Shown here piece after piece: positions 48,499-57,226 of a stretch of 57,226 nucleotides of DNA (the first letter of the stretch is position 1; each line of letters opens with the position of its first letter). Both the position numbers and the translations under genes were made by a program. The DNA is from Acutalibacteraceae bacterium (GTDB lineage: Bacteria; Bacillota; Clostridia; Oscillospirales; Acutalibacteraceae): positions 1 through 57,226 of the forward strand of contig JAXKHT010000004.1 in NCBI GenBank assembly GCA_036549705.1, given 5' to 3'. Under the pieces are notes generated by a model. That model searched no databases and was not told the origin of the DNA. It worked only from the letters and a program-made list of their open reading frames with translations.

Positions 48499-49698
48499 TT
48501 ATTCAAGAACGTAAACGCTTACATTTCTTCTGCCAAATTCATAGCACTGAGCCTCTGAAAAATAGAATAAATCTACTATTGCAGAGCCATCATATAAAGC
48601 ACCACCTGTATCAACAGCTGTTGCATAGCCATATGTATAACCGTCATCAGCAACTATATAAAGTTTAGAGCCAAGTGGAATAATGTTAGGGTTAACTGCA
48701 ACGCCACCCTCAAAAACTGCTGTACCAGAAGCTGTTAAAGCACCAGCAGGAGCTGTATATGCTGTACCAGAACCATAGTGTACTGTTGAATATGTAACAG
48801 CATTACCGTTCATATCATAAAATACATTTCCGCTTTGTGGTTGTGGCTCTACACCTATAACAACCTTTTTACTTACAGCTTCCTTTGTTACCTTTCGGCT
48901 AATTTCAGCTGTTTTGGCAACTTTGCCGTCTATCAGCTTTTGTCTTGTAACAACAGTGTATTCTCCGTCTACACCCTCTGTTTCTACTACAGTTTCTCCA
49001 GCTTCAACTTCTGTTGACTCTGTTTCTACTGTTTCAAAAGGAATAGCTTCTTTTGTTGTTACATCTCTGTATGTAACTCTATTTATTACAATCTCCATAC
49101 CATCTGTAACTGTATCTGATACATTACAGTTTATAATATCATTTTTACCTAGTTTAATATCTAAACTATTCAAAGTTTCCTCAACTGTACCCTGTGGCAC
49201 AATATGGCTTTCTACTTTACCGTCTGCTTTTACAGAAACAGTTAATCCCTGTGTTACAGCTACAGTCAAATCTTTTGTTAGCTTTTCTGTAATAGCTGGT
49301 GTAACAATATCTGTGTCTGACAAAACAATGTTTGCCTTTTTAAGCAAGTCTGCAACTGTACCGCCAGAAATCTTATATTCTGTGGTTTTACCGTACATAT
49401 CTATATATACAGAAAAAGCACGACTTACATTAATAGTCATATTACCGTCTTTCTCGCCTGTGTTAACAGCGTCATCTTTTGCTAATTTAACACCTACGCT
49501 TGAAAGTATTTCATCAACATCATTGCTTAAAGTACTAACCTCAAGCTGTTCACCGTCTGCATTAACAACAACAGTTTTGTTTAACGCTGCAACAGAGAAC
49601 ATTGAAAAACAAAGTATAATACTTGCAAGAAGAACGCAAACGCCTCTTCTAAACTTAATATCCTGACTACCCTTATTACCTAAACTGGTTTTCAGCAT
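48499..49698 (-). CDS. YabE-like cell-wall protein (DUF348 repeats, G5, 3D domain)
   Basis: TVADLL/TVEETL repeats, EAIPF..GVDG G5, TAYT..TASG..AVNP..IPLGS..AVDTGG..VDL. Confidence 0.9.
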   Translation of the reverse strand: MLKTSLGNKGSQDIKFRRGVCVLLASIILCFSMFSVAALNKTVVVNADGEQLEVSTLSNDVDEILSSVGVKLAKDDAVNTGEKDGNMTINVSRAFSVYIDMYGKTTEYKISGGTVADLLKKANIVLSDTDIVTPAITEKLTKDLTVAVTQGLTVSVKADGKVESHIVPQGTVEETLNSLDIKLGKNDIINCNVSDTVTDGMEIVINRVTYRDVTTKEAIPFETVETESTEVEAGETVVETEGVDGEYTVVTRQKLIDGKVAKTAEISRKVTKEAVSKKVVIGVEPQPQSGNVFYDMNGNAVTYSTVHYGSGTAYTAPAGALTASGTAVFEGGVAVNPNIIPLGSKLYIVADDGYTYGYATAVDTGGALYDGSAIVDLFYFSEAQCYEFGRRNVSVYVLE

Positions 49699-50152
49699 AA
49701 AATAAAACTCCTAATCATTAATATTTACTTTAAAATTTGTAACAATTTTGTAGCATTTACAAATACACTTAAAGTATAAAATTCTTATTATGTTTTACAA
49801 TTTGTATTATAGCAATATATTTGGATATGTCAAATAAATTAAGATGTTCATATTTGTGCATATTAACGAAAGAAAAACTCCCATACTTACAACAAAACAT
49901 ATTTTCTTTTGAATTTTAACAAAAATCTCCTTGTTAATTCGACACAATTTTAGTTATTTTTCTACATTTCTGTGCAATTTATAAAAAAACAGTTACAATG
50001 CTTTAACCTTATTAACAATCAAAAATTTGTTATATATCTTAAATGGCTTATATATGGGATTTAAATGGTTACATTATTAATAGTACACTTGAAAAATATT
50101 CTAAATTATTTTATAATAGTATAAATACTATAATTAACAGAGGGAATTTATT

Positions 50153-51004
50153 ATGGATTTTAGAGTAATAAAAGCAGATGAAATTACAGAAGTAGTAAAG
50201 CAACTATTTATAGATTGTAATTACTATATTGGCGACGACATTACAGAGGCTTTTAACAAAGCACTGGAAACAGAAAAGTCTGAGGTTGGTAAGCGTGTTA
50301 TCTGTCAGTTGTTAGAAAACAATAAGATTGCAGCAGAGGAGCAAATTCCAATTTGTCAGGACACTGGTATGGCTGTATTGTTTGTTAAGTACGGTGATAA
50401 GGTTGTTGTTGAGGGTGGTAGCTTCCACAGTGCTGTTGAAAACGGCGTAAGACAGGCTTATAAAGAGGGTTACCTAAGAAAGTCTGTTGTTAATGACCCT
50501 GTATTTGACAGAATTAACACAAAGGACAATACTCCTGCAATAATCCACACAGAAATTGTACCAGGCAACAAGATTTCTATTGTAGCTGGTGGTAAGGGCT
50601 TTGGTAGCGAAAATATGTCTGCCATTAAAATGATTACACCATCATATGGTAAGCAGGGTGTAATTGATTTTGTATTAGACACAGTAAGAAAAGCTGGCCC
50701 TAACCCTTGTCCTCCAATGGTTGTTGGTGTAGGTATTGGTGGTACTTTTGAAAAGGCTGCACAGTTAGCTAAAAAAGCAAGTTTTAGAGCAATTAATACT
50801 AGCAACCCAGACCCACGCTATGCAGAGTTAGAAAACTATTTATATGAAGAAATTAACAAAATGGGCTTTGGCCCTGCTGGTCTTGGTGGTACAACAACAT
50901 CACTTGGCGTAAATATAGAAACATATCCTACTCATATAGCAGGTATGCCAGTAGCAGTAAACATCTGCTGTCACGCAGCAAGACACAAGTCAGCTACTAT
51001 ATAA
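50153..51004 (+). CDS. Class I fumarate hydratase / tartrate dehydratase alpha subunit
   Basis: [42 protein letters not shown]. Confidence 0.92.
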   Translation: MDFRVIKADEITEVVKQLFIDCNYYIGDDITEAFNKALETEKSEVGKRVICQLLENNKIAAEEQIPICQDTGMAVLFVKYGDKVVVEGGSFHSAVENGVRQAYKEGYLRKSVVNDPVFDRINTKDNTPAIIHTEIVPGNKISIVAGGKGFGSENMSAIKMITPSYGKQGVIDFVLDTVRKAGPNPCPPMVVGVGIGGTFEKAAQLAKKASFRAINTSNPDPRYAELENYLYEEINKMGFGPAGLGGTTTSLGVNIETYPTHIAGMPVAVNICCHAARHKSATI

Positions 51005-51017
51005 GGAGAATACAATC

Positions 51018-51572
51018 ATGAAAAAGATTACATTACCTATAACAGATGAAATTATAGAGGATTTACAGGCTGGTGAAAGCGTGTTGCTTTCTGGCACAAT
51101 TATAACAGGCAGAGATGCAGCACACAAAAGATTATACGAGCTTGCAGAGAAGGGCGAGGCTTTTCCTGTAGACATTACAGGCGAGCTTATCTATTATGTA
51201 GGCCCTGCACCAGCTAAGCCAGGCTATGCAGTAGGCCCAGCAGGCCCAACATCAAGCTACAGAATGGACAAGTATGCTCCAACTCTACTTGATATGGGAT
51301 TAAAGGGTATGATTGGTAAAGGTGCCAGAAACCAAGAGGTTATAGACGCCATTGTAAGAAACCACGGTGTATACTTTGCTGCTATTGGTGGTGCTGCTGC
51401 CTTAATAGCTAAAAGTATAAAGGCTGAACAGCTTCTATGCTACGAGGATTTAGGCACAGAGGCTATCAGAGAATATACTGTAGAAGATTTTCCTTGCATA
51501 GTTGCAATAGACTGCAAAGGCAACAACGTATACGAATCTGAACCAAAGAAGTTCTGCACAGAGAATAAGTAA
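51018..51572 (+). CDS. Class I fumarate hydratase beta subunit
   Basis: TGRDAAHKR, YYVGP, GPTSSYRMD, MIGKG, GGAAAL. Confidence 0.92.
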   Translation: MKKITLPITDEIIEDLQAGESVLLSGTIITGRDAAHKRLYELAEKGEAFPVDITGELIYYVGPAPAKPGYAVGPAGPTSSYRMDKYAPTLLDMGLKGMIGKGARNQEVIDAIVRNHGVYFAAIGGAAALIAKSIKAEQLLCYEDLGTEAIREYTVEDFPCIVAIDCKGNNVYESEPKKFCTENK

Positions 51573-51602
51573 TTTAATAAGTAAATAATTAAAAAGCTAC
51601 AT

Positions 51603-51647
51603 AAAACAGCAACATCTAACTTTCAATAGTTAAGATGTTGCTGTTTT
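51603..51647. repeat. 45-bp direct repeat copy 1 (terminator hairpin) left of R-M cassette
   Basis: AAAACAGCAACATCTAACTTTCAATAGTTAAGATGTTGCTGTTTT, identical to 53345-53389. Confidence 0.95.
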
Positions 51648-51658
51648 AATAATAGTAT

Positions 51659-52267
51659 TTATTCCAAATATTGCTTTAGATAATTTTCAAAATGATTAAC
51701 CAAATCTAATCCTGTCATATTTGGTTGCCACATAAAATAATTATTTTGATATTTATCAAACCAAAATGCTATCTCACGGTTCCTCTTTGGATCTCTTGTA
51801 ATATCTCCCTCAAAAACAACCCAAAAAGGGAGAATTTCTGGATTATTGATTCCACCGACTTCTCTATATACATTTAAAAGACCGGGTGTAAATAGCTTAC
51901 AAAGTCTTTCATGAACATTGCCTCTTCCTGCACTAGGACTTTTACCTTCAACCCAACCATCTTGTCTTTTAATTTCACCAAATAATATCTTTTTAGTACG
52001 TTTATTTTCAATAGCAAAATCAGGAGAAACACCCCACTTGATTTTCTTTTGAGAAATATTAGGATTATATATTTGACCTATCACATATGGTGGCAACTCA
52101 ACATTTGTATATATATTCTTTAAATGTTTTGGTTTCCTATGTAAAATATATTCTGTATTAGCAAAATACTTATCAAACACATCATAAAGATTTGTCTCAG
52201 CTTGTATAGCTTTAACCCCACTCTGACTTTGCCAATTATCCCTTCCACTTAGTTCTTTTTTCCCCAT
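51659..52267 (-). CDS. MunI-family type II restriction endonuclease (expected CAATTG)
   Basis: 202 aa; WGVSPDFAIEN, FGEIKRQDGWVEG, AGRGNVHER, PFWVVFEGDITRDPKR match R.MunI as I recall it. Confidence 0.9.
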   Translation of the reverse strand: MGKKELSGRDNWQSQSGVKAIQAETNLYDVFDKYFANTEYILHRKPKHLKNIYTNVELPPYVIGQIYNPNISQKKIKWGVSPDFAIENKRTKKILFGEIKRQDGWVEGKSPSAGRGNVHERLCKLFTPGLLNVYREVGGINNPEILPFWVVFEGDITRDPKRNREIAFWFDKYQNNYFMWQPNMTGLDLVNHFENYLKQYLE

Positions 52268-52268
52268 A

Positions 52269-52475
52269 TTAAAGCCCCCAAAATAATTGTTCTAAAGTTA
52301 ATTCTAATCCCTTAGCAATTTTACCAATATTAACTAAGGAAATATTTCTTTTTCCTCTTTCAACCGATGCAAGGTATGATCTATCCATTTCTATCTGCAA
52401 AGCAAACTTCTCCTGACTAAGTCCTCGCTCTTTTCTCAAACACTGTACCCTTTTTCCAAATTCAACAGTAATCAT
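52269..52475 (-). CDS. R-M controller (C) protein, XRE HTH
   Basis: FGKRV..LRKERGLSQEKFA..DRSYLASVERGKRNISL; directly upstream of R. Confidence 0.9.
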   Translation of the reverse strand: MITVEFGKRVQCLRKERGLSQEKFALQIEMDRSYLASVERGKRNISLVNIGKIAKGLELTLEQLFWGL

Positions 52476-52510
52476 CAAAACTCCTCCTTAAATATGTATT
52501 ATATGATTTT

Positions 52511-52541
52511 GTTGTTTTTAAGACAACGGATTATAAGCAAC
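52511..52541 (-). promoter_or_regulatory. Putative C-box operator
   Basis: Minus strand GTTGCTTATAATC-CGT-TGTCTTAAAAACAAC, resembling paired GACTTATAGTC-type C-boxes. Confidence 0.5.
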
Positions 52542-52548
52542 AATCATA

Positions 52549-52577
52549 TTGACATATTTCTTTTTTTACTATATAAT
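52549..52577 (+). promoter_or_regulatory. SigA promoter of methyltransferase
   Basis: Perfect TTGACA-17-TATAAT. Confidence 0.8.
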
Positions 52578-52607
52578 AATACAAAAAGTTAAGGAGTTAT
52601 TTTAAAC

Positions 52608-53288
52608 ATGAATAATGTAACAGCTTACTCCATATATAATAAACAAGCAAAAGAAAAAACCAAAATTAACCCTCTTGCAGAAATTTATCCCCCACTACCT
52701 CAAAAAAAATATCATATTATATATGCTGATCCTCCATGGGATTATGGTGGGAAAATGCAATACGATAAAACTACAATAAAAAGTGAAAATATTGGATTTG
52801 AACGAAAAATATTTATAAGTTCAGCTACATTCAAATATCCAACACTCAAGCTGAAACAACTAAAAGAGTTAAATGTAAATTCTATTTGTAATGATGACTG
52901 TATTTTATTTTTATGGACAACTGGACCTCAATTTGCTAATGCGATAGAACTTGGGAAAGCTTGGGGGTTCGAATATAAAACGGTAGCTTTTGTATGGGAT
53001 AAAATGATACATAATCCAGGAAGATATACATTATCTCAAACAGAGTTTGTCTTAGCATTTAAGAAAGGAAAGTTTCCTTCACCAAGGGGTGCAAGAAATA
53101 TTCGTCAAATGGTTGCAATACCTAGAGGAAAACACAGTGAAAAACCACTAGCAGTTATTGATGGTATTACTAAAATGTTTCCCCAACAAGATAAAATTGA
53201 ATTATTTGCACGCAAAAACTATATTGGGTGGGATAACTGGGGATTAGAAATCCCTGACTCTAAAATCGAGATAAAAACCGGTGTATAG
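52608..53288 (+). CDS. MT-A70-family m6A DNA methyltransferase (M.MunI-like)
   Basis: IIYADPPW, LFLWTT, WGFEYKT, HSEKP, KIELFAR; divergent from C-R. Confidence 0.92.
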   Translation: MNNVTAYSIYNKQAKEKTKINPLAEIYPPLPQKKYHIIYADPPWDYGGKMQYDKTTIKSENIGFERKIFISSATFKYPTLKLKQLKELNVNSICNDDCILFLWTTGPQFANAIELGKAWGFEYKTVAFVWDKMIHNPGRYTLSQTEFVLAFKKGKFPSPRGARNIRQMVAIPRGKHSEKPLAVIDGITKMFPQQDKIELFARKNYIGWDNWGLEIPDSKIEIKTGV

Positions 53289-53344
53289 AGATTAGTCACA
53301 TATCAATTTTTAAAATTTCGAAATCAAATACGAAATATATCAAC

Positions 53345-53389
53345 AAAACAGCAACATCTAACTTTCAATAGTTAAGATGTTGCTGTTTT
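53345..53389. repeat. 45-bp direct repeat copy 2 (bidirectional terminator)
   Basis: Identical to 51603-51647. Confidence 0.95.
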
Positions 53390-53410
53390 TGTTATGTTAA
53401 AGATTAAATT

Positions 53411-54589
53411 TTATTTTTTATTACATACTTCAAGTATCTTTTCAACTGCACCCTTGGCACCAGAGCAATTCTTAAAGCTGTTTGCTATTTTATCTGCATT
53501 TTCTTTATAGGATTTTTCATTAATCACATTATTTACTGCTTCAATAATTGAATTAGCCTTAGCTTTCTTTAATATTGTACCTGCTCCCAGTTGTAAAACT
53601 CTTTGTGCAACTCCACCCTGTTCGCTGGTTTGTGGTAGCATAACCAGTGGCACACCAAAGTATAAGCTCTCATTAACGCTATTCATTCCACAGTGAGAGA
53701 TAAATACATCTGCCTTTTGCAACACTGCAATTTGGTCTATATGCTTATGTACAGATATATTTGCAGGAAGATCGCCTAATTTTTCAATATCTGTTAAATT
53801 GCCCACAGACATAATCACCTGATAATCTGTATCCTTAAAAGCAGAAACACAGTTTTTATAAAACAAAGGCATATCATTTACAACAGTACCCATAGAGATA
53901 TATACAAGTTTATCTTTGGTCTTTTTTATTTCATCTGTAGCAGGACGAACAGATGGGCCAACAAATGCAAACTTGTCAGAAAAAGTATCAGCACAAGGCT
54001 GAAATTCTGATGATGTATAAACTATTGTGTGGGTGTTGTCATCATTTTGTAAAATATCTAAAATATTATTTATAGGAAATCCCTTATCCTGTAGCCTTTT
54101 AATATCCTTATTAATTTTTGACATAGAGAAAATCATACCCAGCATTTCTCCAATGCTTTTCTTCATAATTTGAGCAGAATGTTTATTAAAAGCAAAGGTT
54201 GTAGTTGATGAAACAAAAGGAATACCCAGCTTCATAGCCACAGCCTTACCCCATACAGCCATAGAATCTGCTACAATACAATCTGGCTTTAGCTTCTGCA
54301 TATCTTCGCAAACCTTATCATTTAAGGATAATGTAGTATCAACCAAAACTCTAGTTGACAAAGCCAAATCCTTACCTACACGAGTTGCATCTTTGGGTGA
54401 CAATTTTAACTCCTCATCATACTCATCACAAGATATAAAGGTTGCCCCTGTTTCTTCTATTTTATCCTTTAATAAATTGTAAGAGTAATACCACACCTGA
54501 TGACCACCAGCAATTAACTCTTTAACCACATTTAATGTAGGGTTTGTATGACCAAATGCAGGAATACAGAAAAAAACAATTTTGCTCAT
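53411..54589 (-). CDS. MGT/GT1-family small-molecule glycosyltransferase
   Basis: PAFGHTNPTL, VYISMGT, QIAVL..ADVFISHCGMNSVNESLYFGVP..EQ. Confidence 0.9.
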   Translation of the reverse strand: MSKIVFFCIPAFGHTNPTLNVVKELIAGGHQVWYYSYNLLKDKIEETGATFISCDEYDEELKLSPKDATRVGKDLALSTRVLVDTTLSLNDKVCEDMQKLKPDCIVADSMAVWGKAVAMKLGIPFVSSTTTFAFNKHSAQIMKKSIGEMLGMIFSMSKINKDIKRLQDKGFPINNILDILQNDDNTHTIVYTSSEFQPCADTFSDKFAFVGPSVRPATDEIKKTKDKLVYISMGTVVNDMPLFYKNCVSAFKDTDYQVIMSVGNLTDIEKLGDLPANISVHKHIDQIAVLQKADVFISHCGMNSVNESLYFGVPLVMLPQTSEQGGVAQRVLQLGAGTILKKAKANSIIEAVNNVINEKSYKENADKIANSFKNCSGAKGAVEKILEVCNKK

Positions 54590-54594
54590 TATAA

Positions 54595-54819
54595 TTATTC
54601 TCCTTTTTCACCATCTGTAATTTCATTTAATATCATAGAAAAATATTTTTCTTTAGTATTTTTTGGCGGAATAGCAATGCCTCTTTCCAAATCAGCCAGC
54701 ACCAAAATACTATCCCCAGGGGTAATGCCAAACATATCTCTTGCCTCTTTAGGAATAACAAATTGCCCCTTTTCACCTATTTTAACAATCCAAGCACCAG
54801 TGCCATTAGAATATTTCAT
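54595..54819 (-). CDS. AbrB/MazE/SpoVT-family DNA-binding protein
   Basis: VKIGEKGQFVIPKEARDMFGITPGD. Confidence 0.9.
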   Translation of the reverse strand: MKYSNGTGAWIVKIGEKGQFVIPKEARDMFGITPGDSILVLADLERGIAIPPKNTKEKYFSMILNEITDGEKGE

Positions 54820-54841
54820 ATTTAACCTCCTAGGTGTTATT

Positions 54842-54886
54842 TGTATGATAAGTATGATTAGTATGATTAGTATGATTAGTATAACT
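54842..54886. repeat. 9-bp tandem repeat AGTATGATT (3 exact + 2 degenerate) in abrB-like 5' UTR
   Basis: Units at 54842, 54851, 54860, 54869, 54878. Confidence 0.9.
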
Positions 54887-54897
54887 TATATAACTAG

Positions 54898-54926
54898 ATT
54901 ATATTATATACAAAAGGAAAAATCAA
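54898..54926 (-). promoter_or_regulatory. SigA promoter of abrB-like/GT operon
   Basis: TTGATT-17-TATAAT on minus strand. Confidence 0.7.
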
Positions 54927-54994
54927 GATAAAAACATAATTTTCTATAAAAATAAAAGGAATGGGGCTTTCAAAAAAACCACATTCCTTTACTA

Positions 54995-55882
54995 TCATTT
55001 ACATTTATATTTAATATACATACTTAATGCCACACCCATAGGAAATGCAAGAATAGCATAGCCTTTTTTAGGAGCATTTTTTATAATACCTTTTTGCTTA
55101 GCCAGTAAACAGCTTGACACATAGTGCATACTGTGCTTTAGCTTAAATTTGAAAGAAGTATCCTTAAAAGAAAGATATAATCTTCTTATTTGAGCAAAGC
55201 TGTTTGGGCTTGAGTAATATTGCTTAACTATGCTATTAGTCATACCCTCTGGCTGATACTCAACTACACAAAGGCTTTTATTATAAACCAAAAAATCATA
55301 ATCCATACTAATCTGCAAGTGCATATAATGAGGATTAAAATTCTTTTCATTATTTAGCACTGGCATTGGTGCAACACTTTTGTATAAATCGCTACGCACA
55401 ACATTTTTTCTGTCGCCATTATTAATGTTATATTTTCCTACTAATAAATCAATAAGGTTAACAGATTTTTGGTCAGGCAATGGGTCACCAATAATTTCTC
55501 CGTTTTCAAAGCTATCTGGTGCAACTATTCCGGCATATTTATCACTGCCATATTTGTTCCAAAAGTTTGTAATCTCCTCTATTGCATAGTCTGGCATATA
55601 ATCGTCAGAGTCAATACAAACAGAAAGCTCTGTTTCCAAATTTTCAATAGCAGTATTATATGCAGTGTGCAAGCCACCATTCTCTTTATATATGTATTTA
55701 ATTTCAAAAGCTGTTGTTTCTGCAATCCACTTTTCTACCAGTTCTCTTGTATTATCTGTAGAACCATCATCAACTACAATCCACATAAAATTTTTAGATG
55801 TTTGACGATTTAAGGAATCATATAATCTAGGCAAAAGGTCAGCCCTGTTGTAAGCCGGTGTAAAAACTGTAATATCAACCAT
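54995..55882 (-). CDS. GT2 glycosyltransferase
   Basis: VFTPAYNR, VDDGSTD, ENGGLH, IDSDD. Confidence 0.93.
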   Translation of the reverse strand: MVDITVFTPAYNRADLLPRLYDSLNRQTSKNFMWIVVDDGSTDNTRELVEKWIAETTAFEIKYIYKENGGLHTAYNTAIENLETELSVCIDSDDYMPDYAIEEITNFWNKYGSDKYAGIVAPDSFENGEIIGDPLPDQKSVNLIDLLVGKYNINNGDRKNVVRSDLYKSVAPMPVLNNEKNFNPHYMHLQISMDYDFLVYNKSLCVVEYQPEGMTNSIVKQYYSSPNSFAQIRRLYLSFKDTSFKFKLKHSMHYVSSCLLAKQKGIIKNAPKKGYAILAFPMGVALSMYIKYKCK

Positions 55883-55894
55883 AATAATCCCCCA

Positions 55895-56878
55895 TTATCT
55901 TAGCTTTAAATATAACTTTAATACCTTCATCATAATAGAAAAGCCAAAAATTTTATTAAAGTTATATATCATTTTAACTTTAGAATTCCAATGATAATTT
56001 AACAAATAAGAATACTCTTTCATTTCCTTAATATATTCCTTAGTGTCACCCTTGTACACACAGCAAATATTCAAAAAGGTTATGTACTGATAAGCTACAT
56101 AATTTAAGAAGCACTCTTTTATGTCATCACTGCAACTATCAGCCATTTTTGCCGATTTAATTATGTTGTTTTTCAAATTATAAACGTATTTGTCGGAGAA
56201 AGTCTGACTTATAGAAAGAGAACGCTGTCTATAAACATAGATGCTATGGTTAAGCAGAGAAAAAGACTTTGCACACTGCATAAGTCTAGCACTCCAGTCA
56301 ATATCCTCTGAAGTTATTCCCTTTATAAATTTAAGGTCATTTTCAATAAACAATGTACGCTTAATTGCCTTTGTACAAGCTGATGAAAGAAAAGCATTGC
56401 TTTTTACAAGGTCAGTAAGCTGTGTAACACGGCTGGCAGTATCAATGGTTATATTTTTATAATTTGGGTTATACTCAACTATTCTGCCATCTTTCTCATA
56501 CCAATACTTGAAGAAGAATATAAGAACATCGCTGTTTTCATTTTCCAATTTTTCAGCAACATAGCTAAGGGAATATTCATCTTCAAAATAGTCATCACTG
56601 TCAAAGAAAATTATATAATCACCTGTTGCATAAGGTACACCATAATTTCTTGCGTCTGACAATCCACCATTCTCTTTATGAAGAACAGTAATTCTACTGT
56701 CTTTTTTAGCATACTCCTCACAAATTGCTGGGGAAGAGTCTGTTGCACCATCGTCAACTAATATAACCTCAATATTTTTATAGGTTTGGGAAAGCACACT
56801 GTCAATAGCTGTTGAGAGATATTTTTCTACATTATACACAGGCATAATTACAGATAGCTTATACTTGCCACTTGCCAT
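55895..56878 (-). CDS. GT2 glycosyltransferase
   Basis: SVIMPVYNVEKYL, VDDGATD, NGGLSDARN, FFDSDD, SED. Confidence 0.93.
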   Translation of the reverse strand: MASGKYKLSVIMPVYNVEKYLSTAIDSVLSQTYKNIEVILVDDGATDSSPAICEEYAKKDSRITVLHKENGGLSDARNYGVPYATGDYIIFFDSDDYFEDEYSLSYVAEKLENENSDVLIFFFKYWYEKDGRIVEYNPNYKNITIDTASRVTQLTDLVKSNAFLSSACTKAIKRTLFIENDLKFIKGITSEDIDWSARLMQCAKSFSLLNHSIYVYRQRSLSISQTFSDKYVYNLKNNIIKSAKMADSCSDDIKECFLNYVAYQYITFLNICCVYKGDTKEYIKEMKEYSYLLNYHWNSKVKMIYNFNKIFGFSIMMKVLKLYLKLR

Positions 56879-57000
56879 TTTTCATATACCACCTTTAATT
56901 AGATTATGTCTGTAACACAGGCTACGCTGTGCATTGCACAGCACTATTATACCAATCCTTTCTATTATAACCTATAACAACAGAAACCGTCAATATAAAC

Positions 57001-57030
57001 AAAAAACACCAGACAAAAAGTCTGGTGAAA
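57001..57030 (-). terminator. Terminator of rRNA transcript
   Basis: Minus strand CACCAGAC-TTTTT-GTCTGGTG-TTTTTT. Confidence 0.75.
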
Positions 57031-57123
57031 ATTTCAAGATATAAATTATACACCCTGAAAACTGAATAAAGAATTGCAAATTTGTTTGAAAGTAATTTCA
57101 AATACTTAAACCATCAATATCTT

Positions 57124-57226
57124 GTGGTCAAGCTTCCGACCTATTAGTACTGCCAAGCTAAATGCCTCACGACACTTACACACGCAGCCTATCAACCTTG
57201 TAGTCTTCAAGGGGTCTAGAGATATC
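57124..57226 (-). rRNA. rrl: 23S rRNA, 3' end (partial)
   Basis: TGGTCAAG..CGACCTATTAGTAC..CACTTACAC..GCCTATCAACCTTGTAGTCTTCAAGGGGTCT is the reverse complement of the conserved 23S 3' terminus; processing-stem half at ~57052-57068. Confidence 0.93.

Noticed and set aside
54595..54819. MazEF-type toxin-antitoxin pair
   Set aside because: No adjacent toxin; the downstream gene is a glycosyltransferase.
54548..54931. 127-aa + strand ORF with MIS repeats
   Set aside because: Antisense to the abrB-like gene; the peptide repeat is a by-product of the 9-bp DNA repeat.
1..57226. CAATTG depletion as evidence of MunI-like activity
   Set aside because: I saw a few sites in the mobile region (~825, 1689, 8264, 8675) but cannot count reliably by eye; needs a computed observed/expected ratio.

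Overview
Low-GC Bacillota chromosome, probably Clostridia of the Ruminococcus/Oscillospirales type (inferred from gene content only). 1-~9.1 kb is the right end of an integrative conjugative or mobilisable element abutting the 3' end of tRNA-Leu(UAA). It carries a SEL1-repeat protein C-terminus (likely a MobP-type relaxase), a DUF3991/TOPRIM protein, a VirD4-like coupling protein, a tandem RepA_N initiator with internal iterons, a candidate MOBP oriT, an ABC-ATPase + putative nuclease cargo pair bracketed by 27-bp palindromes, and a convergent sense/antisense promoter module. Core DNA follows. A Cys T-box riboswitch unusually leads into an 890-aa STAND-like ATPase-TPR gene before cysS (duplicated C-terminal domain) and uppP. 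Next come pgsA, rimO, a GNAT, a DnaA-box-like cluster, nnr, a HipA-like kinase/HIRAN pair and moxR-DUF58-transglutaminase. An 11-gene operon encodes mdh-hdrBCA-flxDCBA, a soluble fumarate reductase and an AspT-family exporter. Five paralogous surface proteins are built from one shuffled beta-module. The rest comprises trmO, a YabE-like protein, a split class I fumarase, a MunI-like C-R-M system inserted with a 45-bp duplication, an AbrB-glycosyltransferase pair, two GT2 genes, and the 3' end of a 23S rRNA not followed by 5S. Best candidates for an undescribed system: the T-box-controlled STAND-TPR gene, the Hdr-Flx-coupled succinate operon and the surface-protein array. All family assignments come from motifs read by eye; no searches were run.
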